Positions 10,043 through 23,656 of a DNA stretch of 64,000 bases are shown piece by piece (within the stretch, counting starts at the first letter, position 1; every line of letters begins with the position of its first letter). The DNA lies in NCBI GenBank assembly GCA_046563655.1, contig CM102290.1:14880001-14944000 (forward strand), read 5' to 3'. Both the position numbers and the translations under genes were made by a program. This stretch comes from Yuukianura sp. NJ FZ-2021. Lineage: Eukaryota. The notes under the pieces are model-generated. The model saw only the letters and a list, made by a program, of their open reading frames with translations, was not told the origin of the DNA and ran no database searches.

Positions 10043-13000
10043 TCAGAGTCCGTAGGGGTGGCAGAACTGGTAGACGAGTCTCTGCGACCGTTCTGTCTTG
10101 CGCATGATGCCCTTGCGGTAGTACTGCCGAATGGACCGTGACAACTTGTCGTAGTTCATCGCAGGCCTGTTCTTGCGCAGACCCCACAACCGAGCCACTC
10201 TCACGCTGTCTTCGATCTTGAAAATCCCATGACTCTGGTCCAACCAGCGGATGCACGAGCCATGCTGCTGCGGAGAGCCCAGCAGTTCCTTCAGGAATTG
10301 CCACAAATGGATGTGTGCCCCACCACTGGACTTGGTGGGCCCTTTCCCCTTCGCCCCACCACACCCACCAACAGCCCCACTCTTCTCTTCCTCCTCCTCA
10401 TCTTCCTCATCTGCAATTCAAACAACACAAAAATGAACTTTCGAACAATAAAACACATTTTCTTGTGGCGATTTTGGATTTTGGAATCTCGAAAAGCGTT
10501 TTTTGTTTGATTTTTAACGTTTTTGCTGAGCAATTTGACTCATGTTGACTTTTTGTACAGAAAAAGTTTGCAATTTTATTGTTTTTTGCATGTTTTTGCA
10601 AATCCTTTTGTTCTTTTCTGCGAATCAATTTGGAAACTCTATTTTTAGACACTGCAAGGGAAAGTTTAACGCTTGCGTCATTCTGGTCATCTGCGTCACC
10701 CAATTTCTCTTTCTAAGACTATGACTCGCGTTGAGTACAAAAAAAATGGGGGTGGTGGGATTCGAACACCAACCCACCCATTGAAGAGCACACAAAAATT
10801 CCACTGTCCCACTTTCCACTACCTCAAAAGTGACTTCATCCCACAAAAACTTGACCAACCTTAGACACTTAAATGACACAAATTCAGAAGTACCGTTAAG
10901 AAAACATGCTGACTCCGCCCCTTTCCTCAAGCTCCGCCTCCTCCAATGCTCCTGCACAGGAATATTGTTGGGCAACACCAACTTTTCTTCCTCTCGTGAT
11001 TCACTCTACTTACTTTCCATTTCGCAGGAATTTGCAAATTGGGAATTGCAAATTGCAAGGACGGTTTAGCACTTTGGCGAGCCCTTGCTAATGGAAGCTC
11101 AAATTCGCAAACTCTCACGCAGGCGCTTTTTGCAGTCACGTAAAACACACAGCCGCAAAGAAAGTTAACAAAACCAAGTTGCACTACTTTGCAATTTCGT
11201 GCAAAAAACGTTCAAAGTTTTTGCAAAAGTTCATTTGACTCATAGTCTCTTTAGGCCAAAACGTTTTTGCAAGTTCCTTGACACGCAAAAAACGTTTTTC
11301 TTTGCAAGTTCCTTGACTTTTACGTCAGTAAAACGTTTTTTTTTGTGAGATCTTTCACCTTACGGTGAATTTTTTTTTTGGGGAGTTTAAAATTTTTGAA
11401 AAATTTTGGGTTTGGCTAAGAATCTTTCGGAAACAAAAAATGAAAGAATTTTTGAAATGGTGAAACAAAAAATTGGATCATTTCCGTAATTTGAAGGAAT
11501 GCCAAGGACTATTTTTTGCTGGGAGTGAAACGCCCTAGCCCAAGGGCTTTGGCCATTCAAGCTGTCCAGGATGAAGGACACTTTCAAAATTTCAATTAAT
11601 CATTGTCTAATTTCGAAGGAAAAAATTTTCAATCCTGTTTATGGCTTTTAACATATGCAAAATTGAAAAAATAAAAACTTCATTCATTACAGTCAAAAAC
11701 CATCCGTTTCCGCCCACTTTTTTATGCCGGTTCTTTAAATTTTTTTTAAATTTTTTTTTTGAAAAAAACTTTTTTTTTGAACTTACCGGAATCCGTGTGC
11801 ATAAGTTCTGGAAGGAGGAATGTTGGGCGTGGTGAGCGTGCGTCGACTGAGCTGCAAGTGTCGCTGGCTCCATCTGAGTAGCCAATGGAGCTTCCACTGC
11901 TGCTGTTGTCTTCTGGATGTCGCAACGGTGGCAACATCAAGTCATCGTAGGTCAGCGACATTGGAACGGTCGCCTGGCGACTGCTGCTGATCAGGAGGTT
12001 CTCAAGGTCGCCCTTGACAGAGTCCATCTGAGCAGAGATTTTCCAGAGCTCAAGATTGGCGAAAAGGCGGTCTCCGTTTTCCGGATCACAGCGGACAAAG
12101 TCGGCTTCCGAGAAGGCTTGAATGGCCCGACCGTCCAATGTCCAGAAGTTGGCCATGACCATGTCCATCGACGTGGCCACACTCGTCACGGTCATCCGAG
12201 GCAATGACGAGAGAGTGTGGGCCAACCAGGACTGGACATCCAAACTGGACCAGTCACTAGGATCTGCCATAGCAACAAACAATTAGTCATGTCACATTCC
12301 ACAAAAACACTCCACAAGTACTTCGGACCGTAGGAGGTCATAACAGCCAAACCAAAAAGAGCCAATGCCGAAATAACCAATTTCCAATAGAGCCGATGCC
12401 ATACGAGCCAATTCCAATAGCGCAAACTGTAACAACTTTTTGAAATTGGCAGTTTTTGATTGGCTCTTTTTGATTTGGCTGTTTTTGAAATTGGCTCTTT
12501 TTGATTTGGCTGTTATGACATTGGCATTGGACACTTTTCAGAAAGTTGTGCCGCTAAAAGCAATTATACTATGCAAAAGATTTGGTGTCGGAAAGTTTTA
12601 ATTATTTTGTCACTTTAAATTTGATGACGTGCGATAAGACTCTGCTTTTAGAAAAAAAGTTAATTGCGTTTTTAAAAAGTTTTTTTTTTTTTGAAAACAG
12701 GTTTTTTGGACAAATCACTAAATCTTAAAAAAGTGGAAAATTCAAATTTTGAAAAGATCAGTCACTGTCCAACCCAGTTTTAAATCTTTAAAAAAGTTGT
12801 TTGCCTTGATTTTTTTTAAAGTCTCGTTTCTTGGTCAAGGATTTATGTGTGTAGCAAATGTCTGATAGAATGCCCTATTCTTCATTACAGTCCAAGGTTT
12901 TTCCAAATTTTGGAAACTTTTTTATCGAAATTTTGAATAAAAAACTTACTTGGAGAGATGTCTAGCGTTGCGCATGTCTTTCGAATGTCTACTCGTACTT

Positions 13001-15104
13001 GCTCAAAAGCAAGGCTGAAGACGGGTTCGATTTGGTTGAATTCCAAATTGGTTCCAAAGTTTCCTTGTCTTGGCATTCCACTGTCACTGACAGAGTAGCC
13101 CAGTTCCTTAAAAATGTAATAAAAACATATTAATAAAATATATAAATATATTAATCTGAAATAGTTTGGAACTACGTACTACGTCTCTTGCGTTTTAACT
13201 TTATTTCAACTTGGGCCATGCACTTCAATTTTTACATAAAACGACATTTTTTTGAATGAACGCCTCCACACACACATTTTATTTTCAAATGTTGGTACAA
13301 AAATAGCATCGAAAAAAAATTGGCAACATTTTATTTTTGCAACTTTTGAAAACACTTGTGCCGATTAAATTTTCAAGTTTTCAAGAGTAAATTTTAAGAA
13401 TTTTTCTCATGTTTTTTGAATGGCGTTGTGGATTATCCAAAAAAAAACACAGAAAAATCCAAACTTTTTGGTCAATTTGTACAAAAATCGGTTTAAAATC
13501 GTGGATTTTGAGAATACTTCGTAGCATATGGTCAGCATTTCAAAAAAGAGGGATTTTTTTAAGCAAATTTGCAAATTTGCAAACATTTTGCGAACGTGAG
13601 CATATGGTGTGGCGAGTCAGAGGATTAGTGGGGTGTTATCCAACTAATTTCATGCGAGAGGCTTAAAGTCTCATTTGATTTCGGACGTAAATATTTTGAA
13701 AAAATTTGACCACACCACTTCCCGGGCTTTTGATAAACACATTTTTTGGGTCCATATTGCAAAATTTTGAAAAAATGAATTTTTTGAATTTTTTTGGGAA
13801 TTGGCGTCATGTGAGGAGTGGTGTGAATGTGACGTTCGCTGCCTTTTGACTTAACATACTTTATGTGCTGTGGTTTTTCAAAAAAACGCAAAAAAAAAAG
13901 TGGCAGAAGAGAAAATGCTGCAAAAATTTTCCATTTTGGAATAAATTATCAACGTTTGCAGTTTGACAGGACAAGTAAAGGTGCGAAAGTAAAAAAAAAA
14001 GCTGTCTTCATTGTGGCTTTTCAAAAAAAAGTTATTCTTTTGTAAAAAATGGGATATCCAAAGTTTTTCCAAAACACCGAACCAAATTTTTCAAATTTTA
14101 CTTTTCAGAATAACAAAAATTGAGAATTCAGACTTGAAATTTCACAAAACTTGAGCATATGAAAATATGAAATAAACGAATAGAAAATTGGGCTTTACAT
14201 AAGTACTAAAAGCGACAACTTTTAGTCAAAGTCACAAAAAATGGAAACTTCGCCACTCGTCTTTCCAAAATCAAAACCAAACTTAAAATTCTGGAAATAC
14301 TTTTTCGAAAATACAATTTTCTACAAATAAGTACGGTTTTTGGACTTACTGCTTTGTTGAACGGAATGTCCATTGGTTTGAAGTTGCACTTGCGCTGAAA
14401 AGTCGTATCTTCCAGACACTGACGCAGCAGGAAGTTGCGATTGTTCTGCGTCTGCGTTGCAACTTTAGGCGTCTCTCCCTGGCTCATCTCTTGGTCAAAG
14501 GTCAAGTTCTGTTGAGGGGAGTGGGCAGGCTTCATGTCCGGAGAGTACGCAGAGTACATGTCTCCTGGCGACCCCTAAATTAATGTCATAAACATATAAC
14601 AATTAATATTATAATTTATTTAAATAACGTATTTTAATTATAATATGTAATTATTGGTCAGGTAGCTTCCCAAATACACACTAATATTTCCACCAGACAG
14701 ACAGACAGAGGGACAGAATGAGCAAGATAATAAAGTAGCTATGTTAGCTTAATGAAATATAAATATAATATAAATTTACACTCACATTTAGAACAGACAG
14801 ACAGACAGACATGACTAAAACTATGAAGTAGCTTTCTTAACTTAATGTAATATAAGTAAAAATATAGTTTGTATAATGTAATAAGCGTTACCTGGTCGTA
14901 GAGCGACATTTGTTGCCAGTAGGCCAGGTCGAAGGCCCCTCCGTTGACATGCGTCCATGAACCGGGAGAGGGCACGAGCGACACGTCGTGGTCGTCGTAA
15001 ATGTCGCCGAGGAGGGAGAGGTCAAATGTCTCCGCTAAATTCCCAAGGGTCCCCTCGTCAGGTCCAAGGGGGTACCCTTTCCCTTCACTCTTCATTCCCT
15101 CCAT
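10043..15104 (-). CDS. Ets98B: ETS transcription factor, SPDEF/Ets98B orthologue (exons 15104-14892, 14574-14350, 13106-12950, 12263-11787, 10410-10043)
   Basis: PNT/SAM domain (EQVRVDIRKTCATLDISP|NPSDWSSLDVQSWL...GDRLFANLELWK) and PDEF-type ETS domain (IHLWQFLKELL...GIFKIEDSVRVARLWGLRKNRPAMNYDKLSRSIRQYYRKGIMRKTERSQRLVYQF). Splice phases are consistent. The start codon is less certain. Confidence 0.92.
10747..10825 (-). pseudogene. Degenerate tRNA-like element in an Ets98B intron
   Basis: B-box GTTCGAATCCC, imperfect acceptor stem GAGGTAG/CACCCC, followed immediately by an oligo-T run. No clean anticodon arm. Confidence 0.4.
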
Positions 15105-16939
15105 CTTCAAAAGTCAAGTAATGGAAATTAGCTTTCAAAATTTCAAAACAATTCTAAAAAACCAAAATTTTGAAAAAGAGGACTCGGAAAGCCAAACTGT
15201 TTGTGCTTTGATGCTCAGCCACCTTCTGAGATGAGATCAGAGATTTGGAGAGAGATTTTAGTGGGTTGAGAGGGAGGCAGTTTTTAAACCTCCCCCTTTT
15301 CTGCACACAACCTTACAAGGTCACCCTACCACCAACTAATTAACTTAATTTCTGCTTAACTTAACTTTTAAACGTAGTTAAAGTTAGCTTGTTTCAAAAT
15401 CCACTCATAAACTTAGTTTTTTGAAAACGAAACTGTTTTTTCAAGAATTTTGAAAACCTAGAGCAAAAAGTTTCCCTGAATGAGCATAGGGTTTCTTCAA
15501 AAAAGTTCGTTTACATTGAATTTGAAACACAAAAAGCTGGTCAAATTTCGAACAAAAATTTTCAAACAGAAAAAGAAAACGTGAAATTTTCAGTTTGGCT
15601 TCCAAATGGCGCTGAAATTTTAAATTTGGATTGAGAACACTGTTTGTAGAAACATACTTAAGGTAGTGAACTTTTTTCAAATTTTGAACAATCGTTTTTT
15701 TTTTAAATTTCCGCTCATTTCCTAAACAATGACATCATCTTATCCCCTACCACACAAAAGCCCAACTGCTGCTGCTGTGAAGCTCAGAGTTCTCAGAAAT
15801 GAAAGTTTTTTGGCAAGACGTTTCCCAATTGCGGGGGATTCCAAACAATTGGCTCAGGGTTTGAGCCACTTTCCGCCTGTGCTAAACGCTTTTTGCAAAC
15901 ATTTTTTGCAAATTGGCGAATTGGCAAACTGTTTATGTCCACTATAGGAGTGTACCTTACAGTACCTTGGTTATTTATTACTCTAACATGTTAGAGTCAA
16001 TGACGTCAATTCCTTTGTACCAAGTTACAACCATAAACAAATTACAAAAGAAGTGTTTTTTGTGAGTGTGCTATGACTTTAGTGTATTTGGGATAGTTAC
16101 TCCCTCCACCAAACGGATGGTGCCAAGAAACACCAATAAAACACACTTTCTCTTTTTTCATTCATTCAAACATCATCAAACAAACCAAAAATAAAATTTT
16201 GTGAATGAATTTTGTGTATACACTACGCTAAAACCATATGCTTACTCAAAACTTGCAAACTTTTCGCGCTATTCGTCAAGTTTTCGCCAGTTTTACGTCC
16301 AAAAGTGACAAAAAGTCCGAAAACAATCAAAAACGAAAAATTTCAAAAAAGTCCCCCCCCCCTTTGTTCTAAGCAACTGTAGGGGGGGGGGTTGTTTTAT
16401 CTCCAAATCAACCTAGATTTGAAGTACCTCAACTTTGAGGAAGACCCTTATGAAAATTAGGACAGACCCTTACTCGTTTTACGATTGTCACTTTCTTCTT
16501 TTGTGAAGAGAGCCCTTAAGGGCTCCCCAGGAATGCCAAACCCTGAACCTGAGAAGCCAAAGCACTTGAGTCTACAGTTAGGTATCACTTTACACTTGTG
16601 TCAAACTGTCACTTTCCAAAAATCAACCGCAACATGTAGGCAGCTGAATAGAAAATACATTTGGAAACAATGGACGTAAAAATGTAAATACGTAAAAACG
16701 TAAAAACGTAAATCATGAAAACAGGTTAAAGGCGTCATGAGATACATGCGACAAGTGATGTGCCAGCGTGGGCGTATCCATGGTTACCGTCTGTCTCAAA
16801 CGTTAGGTTGATTAGGCTAAGATTAGGTTGTAGGTTGTTAGCCTAACTCCAAACATAGGAAATGTATACTAATAGCTTAGAGTTTCTACAATGTCTGCTC
16901 TCCTAATTGAATCACGTTGAAATTTAAAAAAAGAGAGAG

Positions 16940-17026
16940 TCATTTTTAGAACAAGTTGGAAATTTTTAGAAAAAGTCGTATCTAGAACAAGCTGGAAATT
17001 TTTAGAAAAAGTCATTTTTAGAACAA
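16940..17026. repeat. About 36-bp tandem repeat (GTCATTTTTAGAACAAGTTGGAAATTTTTAGAAAAA), about 2.5 copies
   Basis: Directly visible. Confidence 0.8.
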
Positions 17027-19048
17027 TGGAAATGGAGCAAACCTTTTCTAAATGTAGAGCGAGTTCAAAAAGTGAAATTTTGAAAATAGAGTGAAATTTG
17101 TCAAGGCCGAAACGGCAACTCATACATCAAAACGTTAAAAGTCAAATTTCGAAAATTTGATAATCTTTTTGAAAAAAAATGATCAGGTAGTTCGTGAGGA
17201 AGAGGAAGAGGAGAATAGGGTTACTTTTTTATTTCAAAAAACATGCCAAAATTTTTTTATTTTATTTTTTTCTAAGTAGTAATTGACTATAGTTATTGGT
17301 TCATTGTTAAAGTGAAATCAATTGTTGTGCAGAACTTTACTAATGAAAATGAACAACCTACTCCATCATTAATAATGTTACCCCCCCCCCTGTCATGGTC
17401 CAACCCCCCCCCTATCTTAACCCCCCCCCCCTTGTCGTGTTCCACCCCTCTGCTCATGCGCAGATCATAAGAATGCATGCTCATAACATTGTTACTTTTT
17501 TCAAAGTCAAAAAATTTCAGGGTCAGGAGAAGAAGACAAAAAAATTGCAACAAAGAATTTCCATTGTTAACTTTTTTCTTTGTTGTGATTATTACCACCC
17601 ACAAAAAAATTTTAGTATTCAAAATTTTCCAAAATTTCGACCAATCAAGTAAGCCGTTTTTTTTTCATTTTCGAAACTTTCTCTTTTTTGTTGCTCCTTC
17701 CATTTAATTTTTTTTATTTCAAAATAGACCACGTTTTATGTGATGGAAAAATTTCTCACATTTTACATCCTCAAATTTTTGATTTTGTGAAAATTGCGTG
17801 TAATTTTTCCATAAACGAGCGACTGACCTTCGGCACCTTCAAAATGTAACTTTTAAAATGTTAGGTTAGTTGAAGTTGGTAAAAGTTAGACTAATGAGCC
17901 TAATGATTTTTATTTCCAATTTGTGTTTTCCATGTCGTTAGTTCTTAATCAAAACTCGTTTTCTCACAATTGAGATTTATGGAACCATTCATTTTTAATA
18001 AGGTTGTGACGCAACACTTTTGTTAACATTAACGTTAAACTTAACGACCATCGCAGTTAACTATTTTACTCAAAATGCGCACAGACACTTACATTCCATG
18101 ATGTAAAACATTCATGAATTCTTTGAACAGACTCCATGTGCGAAAGAAATCCAAAATTTGAAAAAACTGCAAAAGTTTTAAAAAGTCAAAAATTTTGACC
18201 TTGACTTTGACCTGTCACTGTCGCTCGTCCAAAGGTTGGTTTCTGCACATGCCCACTCTATGTGTCCAAGCATGGACTTTGGGTTTTTGACATGACACAA
18301 ATTTTGGACTTTGGTCATCTTAAGATGACAAAAATTTTGGACTTTGGGCATCTTGACGGCCAAAAACTGCAAGATTTGCGAAATCGAGACTCTTTAATCT
18401 CTGTTTTGGAGTTGTATGACTTTGGGCTAGAGTATGGTTGACCCCTGGTGACCTCTGCGCTCTTGAAAACTAAATTTTACTACCAACTCACAAAGTGAAG
18501 AAAAAAGATGCGCAGAGCGTCTGTTTTTGGCTTCTGCGCATGTGACCTGCTGAGCCCCGAGGGGTCAACTGCCCCACAAAGAGCTGAACCTGTTCATTGG
18601 TTCTCTGGCAACACTCGTCTCGACCAATGAAAACAATGGAATCCATTCCACTCATTACACATTCTTGTTTTTGCCCGTAAAAACCCAACGAACCGGTTTT
18701 TGCAAATCAAAATTTCATTGCCAAAAAACATGCGCACAAAAGTTGGCACCGCTCTGCACACCTTTGAACTCAACCAAAAACCAACTCTTCATTGTGCAAA
18801 ATTTAAAAAAAACTTGACCCTGCAACTGGCAATGCAAAACCTAACCTTAGCCTAACCAAAATATAGCCTAATCATTAGGTTTGAGCAAAACTCACGTCAT
18901 CTTCCAACAAACAGCTTTTTAAACTACTGTCTTTTTTAAAACTGAATTTCAAAAATTCCATTTCTTAAACTTTTTTTAGTTTTGAATTTTACCTTGACAA
19001 TTCCCTTGCTCAGAGTCGTGTCCACTTTGAGCATGGCGAGTCCTGGAT

Positions 19049-19105
19049 CCCTTGGCAACGACAAACAATTCCTTAGCAACGACAAAGAATCCCTTAGCAA
19101 CGACC
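19049..19105. repeat. 21-bp tandem repeat x3 (CCTTAGCAACGACAAA core)
   Basis: ccttggcaacgacaaacaatt/ccttagcaacgacaaagaatc/ccttagcaacgacc. Confidence 0.8.
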
Positions 19106-20750
19106 AAGAATGAGGAGAGAGAACCACTTATTGCTTAGTTTGGAGATGACGACTGTTGAGAGTCCAAGGTTAGGTTGGCGTTAGGTTAGAGTGGATTTAG
19201 TTTGGAAGTGGTTTGAGTGACTGTCCTTGCTACACTGATTGGGGATCCACAGAAGATGTGGTCCACGGAGGCTGAGAAGATGAGCCTCCTGAGGCCTCAT
19301 CTCTGGCCCACTTTCAGACTTTTCCTTTTGCATTCTTATCCCCCGCCCCCTTGAATTTACAGGTGAAATGCGACCCCCTCCACCCAGCCACTTAGCACCT
19401 CCCAACTACAAAAACAATACCTTAACATACCTGTACACAACAGCAGGAATTGGAGGGACGAATAGCCTCAGGCAGATTTCAACTCAAATTGTTTCTATGT
19501 AGTCAGTTTCAAAATTTTTCTAAATTTTTTAAACTTAAAAATGATATTTTCGAACAATTGTTAAACTAAGACTTCCAGGACTTCTGAATTAAATCGAATT
19601 TTGATAAGATAGAGAAGATGACGAAACGCGTGAAAAGAGTTAAACTATTGCACTGCACGGAACTGAAATTATGAAAAAAATCAAATTTTGAACTAATCAA
19701 CGTAATCTGTAAAAGATAAAATGAAATTAACAGAAGTGCGAATTAGAAAAAAAAATAGCGTACATGGCTGTAAGCTGGACATTTTCATCGCCATCTCTTG
19801 CCTCTGAATCAGAACTAGAAAATGGAATTTTAACGGTGAAGAATTCGCGCGATTTTCAAGTTTAAAACAGAGTCAAATTTTAATTTGCAGATTTGTGCTC
19901 CAGGGGTGCGGCAAATCCGGAATCTACGCTATCCAATATCGACTTTTTAACTTTAACTTTAAAGTTACCTTTAACAAAATTAAGTATCAATTCAATTAAT
20001 TACTACTTAATTAATTTAGTAACCAATCAACGACAGCTCTACAAGAAATAAAATAAAAACAACCAAATGTTCAACCAGAACACAAAACAAAAAAAATTGG
20101 ATAATTGTATCTTGTTTCCGAAATTAATTAAATGTGAATCATGAAACAAACAATACGTATTATACATAGTAATTTTTGTAAGCTCTCATGTAAAAGCTAC
20201 GAATTACCTAAATGTAATATTTGTTCATACTCTTCCTAATATACGTACCGATGGTGCGGGAAAGGCGTTTGAATTCGAGAAACCCGCTACTTTTACCCGC
20301 GCTGTGAACTTTGCACATTTGTGTATATTTGCAATTAATTTGGCAGTTGTTTGTGAATGTAAATTGATAAATGCAAATATTAAAAGTGTCGGATGACATA
20401 CTGTGGACCATCTGACAGTAATTGAACCGGAGGAGATAAGTTGGATCTGGGTAGTAAGATTAATTAAGATTAGGTTAATCATAAGACGGTGTACGCAGTA
20501 CAATAGGTCTATTGTTCCAAGGAAGTCAGCCCACCTCAGTAAGTTCCATTCATGCACTGTCAATCCACTGTCATTCACTTTGTTTTAATATTAATTCATT
20601 CTTTCAGAGTTCCTTCCTCCAATGATCCTCCAATAACTGCCGGTTTGAGCTGTCTCATTACAATCGTCACTCGAGGGGTACTTCTGGAGTCTGCTGTATA
20701 TCGCTTGTCACCCTGCATAATCTAATTACTAATCGATAAAAGAAATCATC

Positions 20751-21994
20751 ATGGGGGCTGAAGACTCTGTAAGTTGTTTAATATTCACCAAATTATACTA
20801 ATGGACCTCATATGAATATTGCCAAAAACAGAATCAGTGGGGTTCTGGAGAGAGTGGAGGTGTTTGTGACAGTTTGGTGTTGATTTCAGTTGGTGGATCC
20901 GGGATTGGGTGCAGTAGTGACATCAACTACAGACGCCATGGTCACTGCAGGATTAGTTAACGTAGGATTCTTCCATGCCTTCATAGCTTCACTGTCCATG
21001 ATCGTCGTTTCTGAGCTGGGAGACAAAACGTTCTTCATTGCAGCCATCATGGCCATGAGGCATCCACGACTCACAGTTTTCGGAGGAGCAATTTCAGCTC
21101 TGGCGTTCATGACAGTGCTGTCTGGTAAGATTATATTCTCTCTGGAGTAGAACTGTGATTGGTCTGATTCCAGCATGCCCAGTATGTGCTTGACCAACAT
21201 TCTTTTTGTTTCCTTGCAGCACTCTTCGGCTTCGTTACTACGGTGATCCCTAGAATGTATACTTACTACATTTCTACAGCCCTATTTGCCATATTTGGTC
21301 TGAAGATGCTCTACGATGGATTTACGATGTCAAAGGACGAAGGGGCTGAAGAGCTAGAAGAAGTTCAGCAGACACTGCGGCGTAAAGAGGAAGATGTAAT
21401 TAACTAATTGATGCAAACTAATTAGCTAACCAATTGATAAATATTCTAGTTTTTGCTAATTGAGCACATTCCAATTGTTTTAGGAGAGCACTCCGTTGGG
21501 AGATGCAGAGGCAGGAGCTGCCAAGTCTCCACGGTTACCTTCCAAGTTCAGGCGAATTCTCTTTGCCTGCTTCTCACGGATTTTCATCCAAGCCTTTACT
21601 ATGACTTTTCTTGCGGAGTGGGGTGACAGATCTCAGTTGGCCACAGTCGTACTCGCAGCTAACGAGGTAAACTACTAACTTCAGTCTTAAACATTTAGTT
21701 AATTGCGGCTAATCATTAATCAATTACTTTGGTCCAGAACATTCCCGGAGTCTGCATCGGAGGTATCCTGGGCCACTCCTTCTGTACTGGTTTGGCCGTC
21801 CTCGGTGGGAAAATGATTGCTCAAAAGATTTCAGTTCGAACAGGTAACAGCTGACTTACTATTTCTAGTTTTTGAGTAAGTTAATTGACTTTGTATCAAT
21901 TAATTAACTTTGTTTGTGTATAGTGACGATCATTGGTGGCATCGTATTCTTACTCTTCGCCGTCATCTCGCTAGTCCTCAACCCAAATGCATAA
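20751..21994 (+). CDS. TMEM165: TMEM165/GDT1 (UPF0016) Golgi Ca2+/Mn2+ transporter, about 6 exons
   Basis: Both UPF0016 motifs are present: VSELGDKTFFIAAIMAMRHPR and FLAEWGDRSQLAT; GGILGHSFCTGLAVLGGKMIAQKISVRT; stop TAA at 21992-21994. The first exon (MGAEDS, 20751-20768) is tentative. Confidence 0.93.
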
Positions 21995-22545
21995 GAGTTC
22001 CACCCCGGATGCACCTAACATACAAAAGCTCGAACAATCAACCACTCTCTTGTCTCTTCGGCTGTTCGGGAATGTATTTCCGGGATCAAAATTATTTATT
22101 TCCAAAGTGCAACAAAAATATTTAAACGAGTAATAATACTTTATTAACATTAAGATAGTGATTTTTATTATGGAAACATAGCACACTTTTCTATGTCGAA
22201 TAATAACATCAACATCGCAGTACAGCTGGTTCAGTACTAAACATTCACTTTGATACCAACGTTGAGCTTATTACAAGAGCAGTAGTTAATTAGTTTTGGA
22301 CTTACGTTTACAAAAGTGAATTAGTTTTAGTATTAATTGTAGAAAAGTATAATTAATTTTAGGTTTCTACAACTATGTTAAGTTGTAGACGAAAAAAATT
22401 AAGTGAATGAGGCGGAGAACTGGCGACTAATGTCGCGTAACGGGCCAGCTCGCCCTCCTGTGCCATGCTAAAGCTATTATTCAGGTACATGTGTTAACTA
22501 AGCGTATTGTTGAAGGTACTTTTTGACTAGTAGCACAGGAGGGGC

Positions 22546-22627
22546 TGGAACCGGCGGGATTCGAACCCGCAGCTCCCCAAACACTGCCTCACCCACAAGC
22601 CAATGGCCCAAAATGGACCATTGTTCC
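22546..22627 (-). pseudogene. tRNA-like element or tRNA-derived SINE head
   Basis: Perfect T-arm GCGGG-TTCGAAT-CCCGC, GGAAC/GTTCC acceptor pairing, A-box-like TGGTCCATTTTGG. Anticodon arm is irregular. Confidence 0.55.
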
Positions 22628-23656
22628 AAACTTAGATCATTTACATAATATTTGCACTGCTTTTGTAGTCCCGTTGTATGCAAATTCAATTGCATAATGC
22701 ATATCTACATATGCAAATTGCAGAATGCAATTCAGGTTGCCCGTTACTCTTGCTGCGCCGTACTCCAGCTGACGGTGCGCAGAACAGCATTGCCCTTTGT
22801 TTACAAAACTCAAAAGCGGGTAGCGGGAATTCTGGAAAAGAAGCCGACTGCGACTCTTTTACCGGTAAGTGGTTGAAGGTATCGTTAATCGATTAACCGT
22901 TTAACCCTTGTACATATTACATCGTGTAATGGGCTGTACGCACGGTAACCGTCGTCCTGCATGTACGACGATACAACGACAAAGTATCCTACCGTGCGTG
23001 CCAAGGCAACCATAAAGAAGGTTATAGCTGGCTATCATTAGTTTGTCATCGGTTATTCCAGTATGACATGAGCCGTAGGGACACGAACTGGATAGTCCGC
23101 TTTAGCTAACGTGGACATGAATCATGAGTCATGATACTTTGGTAATAGTTACGTCATTTTTGGTACATTCAATTCCATTTGTACTTTGATTATGAAACGT
23201 TTGAAGTGATTAGTTATGTCGATTATTTTGATCCTTTATTGCAGCAACATGGGGGATAATCCATCACTCCACACAAAAACCGCTTCCAGTTGTCTCAATC
23301 CAGCACGTTAGGACGTAGCCCTGGAATTGGAAACACAATGGACCGCCGCGGTACTACAATAGACCGCCGCCGCGGTGTATTCCTTTGTATTTCGTGTGAA
23401 TAAGGACTGGAGGGTGGGTATTTTCCATATTGTGGAATTTATTCCTGGAATCCGGGAGAAAGAATCCGGGAGTCAAAAGGACGGGATTCCAGAGAAGAAG
23501 ATTCAGTTGCTGCTGATCTGCTGAGCACTCGAGTCCTCCACTGAGCTTCTAAGTACATAGTTTGGCAAGTGTCTCTATCCAAGTCTCCTTATCTCTTCAG
23601 CTACTAAAAGTTGATTGGATCCTTTGTTTCCAGTTGTGTCAATCCAGTGATACAAA

